NCBI GenBank assembly: GCA_048941285.1
Contig: JBHLNS010000050.1
Span: 1 to 22,300 of the forward strand
Reading direction: 5' to 3'
Length of the DNA: 22,300 bases
Source: Promethearchaeota archaeon
GTDB taxonomy: Archaea > Asgardarchaeota > Lokiarchaeia > Sigyniarchaeales > SOKP01
The position numbers and the translations under genes were made by a program. Of this stretch, positions 16,136-22,300 are shown one piece after another. The notes under the pieces are model-generated. The model worked only from the letters and a program-made list of their open reading frames with translations. It made no database searches and had not been told where the DNA came from. Position 1 is the first letter of the stretch. Each line of letters starts with the position of its first letter.

Positions 16136-17995
16136 ATGAAATGGAGTTACTTGTTCATAGGCGTTGGTTTAGCAATTATTTTAACTTCAATTTATTTTGT
16201 TGAATTTCTTTTATTCAATTCAATCTTTTTTAGTTTTTTAATCACCATAGCGGTTGTATTAAATTTTGCTCATATTATTACTCATATTTTAAATTGGGAT
16301 TTAGATACGAAAAAAGTACTTTCTGTCTATTTCATTCTCTCCATTACACTTATAATAATAGAATTTATTATAACAGGAAGTTTTCTCTGGAGTTTTTCCT
16401 TAACAGTCATGTCTCTTTTTTTTGTAGGACATTATTTAACGAAAGGTTTAAATGCACTTTTCAAACAATTTCACATAAAAGAAGTATATCGGGGGTTAAT
16501 AAGTTTTTATCTAGCCTTTGTGTATTTTTATATACTTATGGCTTTATTTCTTCAAACCCTTAATCAAACCTTTCTTTTAATTGAGTTTAGTTTTATTTTT
16601 TATATATCATTGATTTGTATGGTTTTATTGACTATAAACTCTTTAATTAGAATAGTTGCAGTGACTTCTCACCGAAGAAAGTACGAAATTTTTCCAATTA
16701 ATAGGATTGAATATGCTGCATTATATTATTTAACTAAGGAAAAAAATAACGAACTCGATTTTACAGAATTAATGAACAAAATCAATGGAATTTTTAATAT
16801 TTTTACTAAAAACGTTTATTTTAATGAAAGAACAGCAAAATCGAGCATTTATTATCTTTGTGCACTTGGGTATGCAGATATTAAAGATAATATAGTATAT
16901 CTTAACGAGCTTGGTAAAAAGCAAGGGGATGTATGGAATGAAGCATTAAAAACCCAAATGAGAAATTTTACAAGAATTTTAAATAGAAAAAGTGTATTGA
17001 TAAGATCATTTTTAGGTTTGTTAATTCTAAGCCTTCTCAAAATTGTTATAGGATTTTTTAATTCAGAATCATTATTCGCAGAAGGCTTTGAAAATTTCCT
17101 CGATTGTACTGCGGTAATTTTGATTGCAATTGGTATCAAATTTAAAAAAGAAAAACTAGCAAACATAATAATAGTCAGCTTAATGACCTTTACAGGAGTT
17201 TCTATTGTAATAAATTCAATTCAAAGTCTAATTTTCGGCCCCGAACCTATTTCCAATGCCTTATATATCGTGATTATCGCGATAGTATCTGTATTTCTAA
17301 ATACCTATTTACGTACATTGAAAAATTTTGTAGGGAAAAAAAATAGGAACACTTCATTAATAGCAAGTGCAATAGATTCTAAAGTGAATATTATATTATC
17401 GATTAGTATTATTATAGGTGCGCTTTTATCAAATCTCGGATCTGCTCTTGGAATACCATTACTTCATTATTGTGATCCAATTATTGCAATTTTTGTTTGT
17501 TTCCTAATATTTAAAGAAGTTATTGAAATAATCCGTGAGATAATTACCTCGAAAGAAGAGGAAATTGAATTTGAAAAATTCCAAATGAAATATGAAAAGA
17601 ATTTCAGTGAATACATCACAAAATGGATATTTTCTGTTTACAATGATAATTCGAGTTTAGAATATACACCCGAACTCCTTTCTGAATATTTTCAAAAATC
17701 CTTAAATAAAGGAGCAGAAGTTTACACCGAGTTTGCTTATTTTGGTTTATATTTATTTAAAGAAATTGGAATTATTTCCGTAATAGATGATCTTCTAAAT
17801 GAAAATTATTTATCAGTATCAAAAATCGGCATTATCAAATTAACAGAAAAAGGGGAATATTTATTTGAACATCTATATTCTAAAGAAATCCTGAAAGACC
17901 TTAAAGATCCTTTCGATTTCTTTTTTGAACAACAATTAGGTTTTGATAGTATCAAATTGAGAAAGCTTGAAATATTAGAAAAATTTAATGAATAA
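16136..17995 (+). CDS. Cation diffusion facilitator (CDF) transmembrane domain fused to an extra N-terminal TM bundle and two winged-helix-like segments
   Basis: CDF motifs KIVIGFFNSESLFAEGFENFLD, SLIASAIDSKVN and DPIIAIFV. About 6 further TM helices at the N-terminus. wHTH-like ends: YLCALGYADIKDNIVYLNELGK and LLNENYLSVSKIGIIKLTEKG. Confidence 0.75.
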   Translation: MKWSYLFIGVGLAIILTSIYFVEFLLFNSIFFSFLITIAVVLNFAHIITHILNWDLDTKKVLSVYFILSITLIIIEFIITGSFLWSFSLTVMSLFFVGHYLTKGLNALFKQFHIKEVYRGLISFYLAFVYFYILMALFLQTLNQTFLLIEFSFIFYISLICMVLLTINSLIRIVAVTSHRRKYEIFPINRIEYAALYYLTKEKNNELDFTELMNKINGIFNIFTKNVYFNERTAKSSIYYLCALGYADIKDNIVYLNELGKKQGDVWNEALKTQMRNFTRILNRKSVLIRSFLGLLILSLLKIVIGFFNSESLFAEGFENFLDCTAVILIAIGIKFKKEKLANIIIVSLMTFTGVSIVINSIQSLIFGPEPISNALYIVIIAIVSVFLNTYLRTLKNFVGKKNRNTSLIASAIDSKVNIILSISIIIGALLSNLGSALGIPLLHYCDPIIAIFVCFLIFKEVIEIIREIITSKEEEIEFEKFQMKYEKNFSEYITKWIFSVYNDNSSLEYTPELLSEYFQKSLNKGAEVYTEFAYFGLYLFKEIGIISVIDDLLNENYLSVSKIGIIKLTEKGEYLFEHLYSKEILKDLKDPFDFFFEQQLGFDSIKLRKLEILEKFNE

Positions 17996-18115
17996 AGATA
18001 ATATTTTGACATGCTAAGAAATCAGGGTTTTGACTAATTTACATAATAAGCAGACTAAACATTATATATGTAATTTGACAGTTTATCACTACATTAATTG
18101 CGTTTTGTGCTAACC

Positions 18116-18159
18116 TTTAAATATACGATAAATCATACTCTTAATAGAATTAAGAGTAT
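18116..18159 (+). promoter_or_regulatory. TATA box (18116-18123) followed by an 11-bp perfect inverted repeat (18135-18159), probable operator
   Basis: TTTAAATA, then ATACTCTTAAT-AGA-ATTAAGAGTAT over the expected transcription start of the small wHTH gene. Confidence 0.6.
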
Positions 18160-18198
18160 TAAAAGTATTAAAATTTAATTTTTTTCTAACAGTTAAAG

Positions 18199-18432
18199 TT
18201 GAGGAGAATGGTTGTATCTGAAATAGATTATTCTGGAAGGTTTTTGGAAGCACTTCACTCTTTACAAAAAAGCTATAAGAAATTTCCTAAATTTATGATT
18301 GAAATTATAGCTGAAAATTATGGAATACCTCCTTTAGAAGTGAGAAAGCTATTCAATATTTTTAGAAGGAACGGTATGTTAAAAATTATAAAAAATGAAG
18401 GATTTTATTATCAATTAAATGAAACATTTTGA
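18199..18432 (+). CDS. Small winged-helix DNA-binding protein; start may be ATG at 18208
   Basis: IEIIAENYGIPPLEVRKLFNIFRRNGMLKII...GFYYQL fits an HTH plus wing. GAGGAG lies just before the ATG at 18208. Confidence 0.7.
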   Translation: MRRMVVSEIDYSGRFLEALHSLQKSYKKFPKFMIEIIAENYGIPPLEVRKLFNIFRRNGMLKIIKNEGFYYQLNETF

Positions 18433-18500
18433 TCCTCTCAATTTACAACTGTTGCTGAGAAATAAAAAATTCCAATCTAATACTGATTTTCATTTTTTTT

Positions 18501-19001
18501 TTAAATAAATGGAATCCATTTATTAACTTTCTTCTTGTATTCTAAATATTCTTGTTGAAACAACTTTTCAAGATCCCTCTCCTCAAAGGTTGCAATCCAG
18601 TTATATAAAATAAAAACAATTATAAATCCAAAAATCGAAATTAACGAAACTGAGAAAATTACAAACCCTAAATATATTAGAAGAACACCAAGATATAACG
18701 GATGTCTTATATGAGCGTAAAGCCCTGTTTTTATTAACTTAGAAGGAGTATCTTCTTTATGAAACAATAAATGACCACTTCTGAATATTAAAAAAAAACC
18801 TAATACTAAGAAACTTAAAAATAATATAATCCTTAAACTGAATGGAATATATCTAGCAATAAAAATTGTTACCATGAAAACAAAAGAATCTAAAATCCAT
18901 ATAAGAAAGAAAATGATAGCTGCAGAAAGTTGTATAATATGTCCATTTGGATGTTCTTCGCCGACACCTCTTTTATGATTTGATACCAATTTTAAATCCA
19001 C
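18501..19001 (-). CDS. Isoprenylcysteine carboxyl methyltransferase (ICMT/PEMT-like) family membrane protein
   Basis: LIKTGLYAHIRHPLYLG...EERDLEKLFQQEYLEYKKKVNKWIP with several TM helices. Confidence 0.92.
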   Translation of the reverse strand: MDLKLVSNHKRGVGEEHPNGHIIQLSAAIIFFLIWILDSFVFMVTIFIARYIPFSLRIILFLSFLVLGFFLIFRSGHLLFHKEDTPSKLIKTGLYAHIRHPLYLGVLLIYLGFVIFSVSLISIFGFIIVFILYNWIATFEERDLEKLFQQEYLEYKKKVNKWIPFI

Positions 19002-19077
19002 TACTGTATTTAAAATTCAAATATATATTTTAATCTTATTTTAATAAATCTTAAAACTATAGTACTGTTGTTCAAAT

Positions 19078-20175
19078 TTATTCTCTTTTCATAAAGGAGT
19101 CTTTACGCATGATTTTTTGTTTAGAAAGCTTTGTTAGCAACTCTTTTATTTCGGTTAAACGCTTATGATCAATATCTTCGCGTCTTATAACACCCGCCTT
19201 AAGTGCTTTCTTAAAAATTTCATCTCCTTTCTTTGTTCGAGTAATAACTGTTGTAAATTTATCTGGAGATCCTAATCCACCAAATGAAATATCAGCATAT
19301 ATATTAGTAAAATCGTTGCAAGCATTACAAGCAGAACGCATATAATTATTTAATTTATTAAAAGGAATATGGATGACTTTTCCATTCCTTTTCTTTATGA
19401 TTAAATCTTCCTTTATGTTAATCCTCTCAATATCAACAAATTTCACATTGAAATCTTTTTCGAATTGTTCTCCTTTTTCTTTATCAAAAAAGAAATTCTC
19501 ATAACAAAATAAACCTATACATAGATCGATATGCTGGGATGGTATTATTCCTAAATCTTGCATACATCTAACCGTATAAATTTGACAAGGAGTACCTACA
19601 ATTGCTAGTCTATCAAACTTAACTCTTTTTAATTCTTTAATAGAACTAGTATAAGTATGGAATTTTTGCATCTCTGTTACTTGATGTGCTAAATCTAATT
19701 TAACTCCTGATGAATTAATTAAATCTTCTCTATTTTTAGCGACACTGGCTTCTCTCGAAAATGCGGCTTCAGTTTTTGCCACAATTGCTCCATCAATCAT
19801 TCTCTTTTCTAATAGAAAATTAATTAATGTATTTACTACTCCTCCATCAGTTCCGTATTTTAAAAATTCTTCATCATTTGTTTGGCAAATATAAATATTT
19901 CTAATGTGTCCTAAAGGCATTGAAGCAAATTCTGTAAAGTCGTAAATCATGTTAAGTTCATCATCTAAAATATGGGTTTGTGGACAAATAAAATAGCATA
20001 TACCACACTCAAGGCATTGATCTTCATGTATATATTCCGGTGGGCCACTAGAAGTTTTAAATCCAATAATTTCACTTTCAATGGCATTGCAAAAACTTAC
20101 ACAGCCTCCACACTCTTGACAAATACCCTTGTCATGAACTTCCTTAATTAAGTCCTTAAAAGTTTTAATACTCAC
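19078..20175 (-). CDS. Coenzyme F420 hydrogenase/dehydrogenase beta-subunit family (FrhB/FdhB; FpoF-like) with N-terminal 2x[4Fe-4S] ferredoxin domain
   Basis: Fe-S motifs CQECGGCVSFC and CLECGICYFICP. FrhB motifs DGGVVN, VGTPCQ, IGLFCYENF, CNACNDF, ADISFGGLG and TTVITRTKKG. Confidence 0.92.
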   Translation of the reverse strand: MSIKTFKDLIKEVHDKGICQECGGCVSFCNAIESEIIGFKTSSGPPEYIHEDQCLECGICYFICPQTHILDDELNMIYDFTEFASMPLGHIRNIYICQTNDEEFLKYGTDGGVVNTLINFLLEKRMIDGAIVAKTEAAFSREASVAKNREDLINSSGVKLDLAHQVTEMQKFHTYTSSIKELKRVKFDRLAIVGTPCQIYTVRCMQDLGIIPSQHIDLCIGLFCYENFFFDKEKGEQFEKDFNVKFVDIERINIKEDLIIKKRNGKVIHIPFNKLNNYMRSACNACNDFTNIYADISFGGLGSPDKFTTVITRTKKGDEIFKKALKAGVIRREDIDHKRLTEIKELLTKLSKQKIMRKDSFMKRE

Positions 20176-20260
20176 TTATATAACCACACAAATTTCCTAC
20201 TATTTTCGATCATATTAATGGTAGATTTCATATATAGATTATTAATATATAAAATCTAAA

Positions 20261-21154
20261 TTACATATTTAGATTCTTTTTAATTAAATCATCAATCCAA
20301 CTCTCAAAATAAAACATCTTCGTAGGAACAAAACCAATTACTTCTTTAACGTATTGAATATTTTCTATTTCTTTAACTTGCTCATCAATTTCTCTCAATT
20401 TATCAATAAATACTGTAAATATGAATGCTTCTTGGTTAGCAACTCGCCACATATAAAAATAATCTTTTACGGTTTTCATAACTTTATTCAAAGATTCAGT
20501 AGCAATTTTCTGAAATTTAACAATTAAAAGGTATGATAAGAAATCCGCAGCACTTGTATCTAAGTCTATCATGAAAATGATAATATTGTTTTCCCGCAGA
20601 TAATTTAACCTTCTTTTCACAGTTTTAGAAGAGATTTCTAACTCAGTTGCAATTTCAACGTCGGTTTTTCTACAATTGTCTTTAATTGAATTTATTATTT
20701 TCCAATCTATCTTAGTTAACCTCTCACTTTTAAAGTTTAGAGATGGTGGAATGAGTAGAATAAAATTTTCAGTGTTTTCAATTTCTTCAAATTGCATCAA
20801 TTTTTCAAGGTTTTTTTTGAATTGATAATCGTCAGAATATGTGTGTATAATTTGCATCTTATTTTGGAGAGAAATAGCCCCTCCGGTAACCTCATCCAAC
20901 TTTCCAATGCGTTCAATTAACTCTTGCTGATCGACACCCTGTTTTACATCAACAAGTGTATAACATACTGATTTTTGAAACATTAAAAAATTTAAATTAG
21001 TCGTAAATTTCATTATTACTCCTAGGTCTACAAGATTATTAATCCGTTTTTTAACTAAGTAGGGAGTTAATTTAACTTTCTTCGCAATTGATTCATAAGT
21101 CATTCGTCCATCAAAAAGCAACAACTTTAGAATTTCTATATCTTTATCGTCCAT
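20261..21154 (-). CDS. Tandem (duplicated) Lrp/AsnC-family transcriptional regulator
   Basis: Two wHTH starts, MDDKDIEILKLLLFDGRMTYESIAKKV and LTKIDWKIINSIKDNCRKTDVEIATEL...TVKRRL, each followed by a RAM-like domain. Confidence 0.92.
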   Translation of the reverse strand: MDDKDIEILKLLLFDGRMTYESIAKKVKLTPYLVKKRINNLVDLGVIMKFTTNLNFLMFQKSVCYTLVDVKQGVDQQELIERIGKLDEVTGGAISLQNKMQIIHTYSDDYQFKKNLEKLMQFEEIENTENFILLIPPSLNFKSERLTKIDWKIINSIKDNCRKTDVEIATELEISSKTVKRRLNYLRENNIIIFMIDLDTSAADFLSYLLIVKFQKIATESLNKVMKTVKDYFYMWRVANQEAFIFTVFIDKLREIDEQVKEIENIQYVKEVIGFVPTKMFYFESWIDDLIKKNLNM

Positions 21155-21378
21155 TTTCAGATGGCAATCATTTTTTAGTATTACTAAAATTAATGTCCAT
21201 TTTCCTTAATTATTTTTTTGAAACTGTACATTTTTTTCAAAATTTATGTCCTATAAATGGGATTGAAATCGCCACAGACTTTAAATATTTCAAACCTCTC
21301 GCATTACGTGAGAGAAACAGTGAAATTTTATCCTGTTTCTCTTATAATGCTACAAATAATTAAAAGGAGGTAAAAAAA

Positions 21379-22062
21379 TTGAAAGAATTAATTATATTGA
21401 GTCAAAGTCAAAATTCTAGTTGGTATAAACCTTGGACTAAACGATCCTTGGGTTTAAATATCATTGGTTTTTTGCTCATAGCCATTTTAACGGGTATATT
21501 TACAGTGTTTTTTGACATTGTATGGATAGGAATTGGATATATTTATCTATATTTTGTATTAATTTTTCTAATGATGGTTATATATTTTTTCTTATTTAAT
21601 TTGAAAACAAAAGGCACAGCGACTTTCATTTTTGGAATAAATGGGCTTATAGGAATTCCTATTGAACTCGTAATAGAATGGCAGGTGCAGAATACTTTAA
21701 ATTCTCCTTGGAGTGCGGTATATTGGGCTTTAATCTATGTTGGATATGGGGTATGTATAGATCTATCTCTATGGCTATTTAAGCCTGCTAAAAACGAGAG
21801 AAAAGCAGTTCTAATTTCCTCATTTATCTCTTCAATCATCATAATATTACTAAGTATTTTAGCTTTAACTACGCTTTATAAATCGGGATTGGATCTCCCA
21901 GGAACTGATGATTTTCTTACATATGATTACTTTCTGATACCATATTCAATAGTTCAGGGAGTTATGGGAGGATTTTTGGGCTGGTATTTTGCTCAATATT
22001 TGAACAAAAATAAAATTTTAAAAAAAAAATTTAATAATGAAATAAAACAAAATAAAGGGTGA
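21379..22062 (+). CDS. Hypothetical polytopic membrane protein (~6 TM)
   Basis: About six hydrophobic segments. Strong SD AGGAGGT at 21365-21371 ahead of the TTG start. Transcribed divergently from the Lrp gene. Confidence 0.8.
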   Translation: MKELIILSQSQNSSWYKPWTKRSLGLNIIGFLLIAILTGIFTVFFDIVWIGIGYIYLYFVLIFLMMVIYFFLFNLKTKGTATFIFGINGLIGIPIELVIEWQVQNTLNSPWSAVYWALIYVGYGVCIDLSLWLFKPAKNERKAVLISSFISSIIIILLSILALTTLYKSGLDLPGTDDFLTYDYFLIPYSIVQGVMGGFLGWYFAQYLNKNKILKKKFNNEIKQNKG

Positions 22063-22292
22063 TAAAAGTAATGAGTAAATTGAGATTAGAATTTGATGAA
22101 GCATTAGATATATGCGAACAAGTTCGTGCAATAAATAAGAAAAAAAATATTTCTTTTAATAAATTATGGTGTTGGGGTTGTGCAAAATTCACTAAAAACC
22201 CCGAGAAAAGATGTTTCGCAAATGCTGAAGATGGAAGTAATACAGGTTGTACTCAAGTTAATAAATTATATAAGAAATTGAAAAATCAATAA
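22059..22292 (+). CDS. Small cysteine-rich protein, possible Zn or Fe-S binder; alternative start ATG at 22071
   Basis: Five Cys in CEQVR...WCWGC...RCF...GCTQVN. Its start overlaps the upstream stop (GTGA). Confidence 0.7.
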   Translation: MIKVMSKLRLEFDEALDICEQVRAINKKKNISFNKLWCWGCAKFTKNPEKRCFANAEDGSNTGCTQVNKLYKKLKNQ

Positions 22293-22300
22293 AAAATTAC

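Noticed and set aside
18501-19001. ICMT-like enzyme acting on the Rab-like GTPase (prenylation pathway)
   Set aside because: The GTPase ends in ...NTIMNL with no CAAX or CC motif, and ICMT-like proteins are widespread in prokaryotes.
12499-21363. Remaining nested ORFs (12499-12708, 15237-15662, 16294-16563, 16852-17166, 17806-18012, 21088-21363)
   Set aside because: They overlap well-supported genes or promoter DNA and carry no motifs.
8853-22062. Selenocysteine readthrough at TGA stops (9036, 18430, 22060)
   Set aside because: Each TGA is followed soon by another stop or overlaps the next gene's start, none sits at a Cys-equivalent motif, and I saw no convincing SECIS.

Overview
AT-rich (roughly 30% GC by eye) archaeal chromosomal segment. 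It is most likely from an Asgard archaeon (Lokiarchaeia-like); this is inferred from roadblock/LC7 proteins, a Rab-like GTPase fusion, archaeal TATA boxes and poly-T terminators, and GGR and FrhB-family enzymes. It holds about 20 protein genes in mixed orientation. I found no rRNA, tRNA, CRISPR array or mobile element. The left half is rich in eukaryote-like membrane and signalling proteins: a 5'-truncated receptor-like surface glycoprotein (LamG, 9 Ig-like repeats of which 3 are near-identical 276-bp copies, FN3, TM helix, TPR-like cytoplasmic tail), a roadblock + Rab-like GTPase + pseudo-GTPase fusion, a roadblock + Zn-ribbon protein and a GRAM/PH-like protein. The standout is a 211-aa stand-alone BAR-domain protein (6656-7291, minus strand) that aligns almost gap-free with the eukaryotic ciliary FAM92/CiBAR family as I recall that sequence. 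Also present are an unannotated 51-aa DUF4177-like gene, an atypical two-component pair, a CDF transporter fused to winged helices, a small wHTH gene with a perfect operator-like palindrome, and ordinary metabolic genes.
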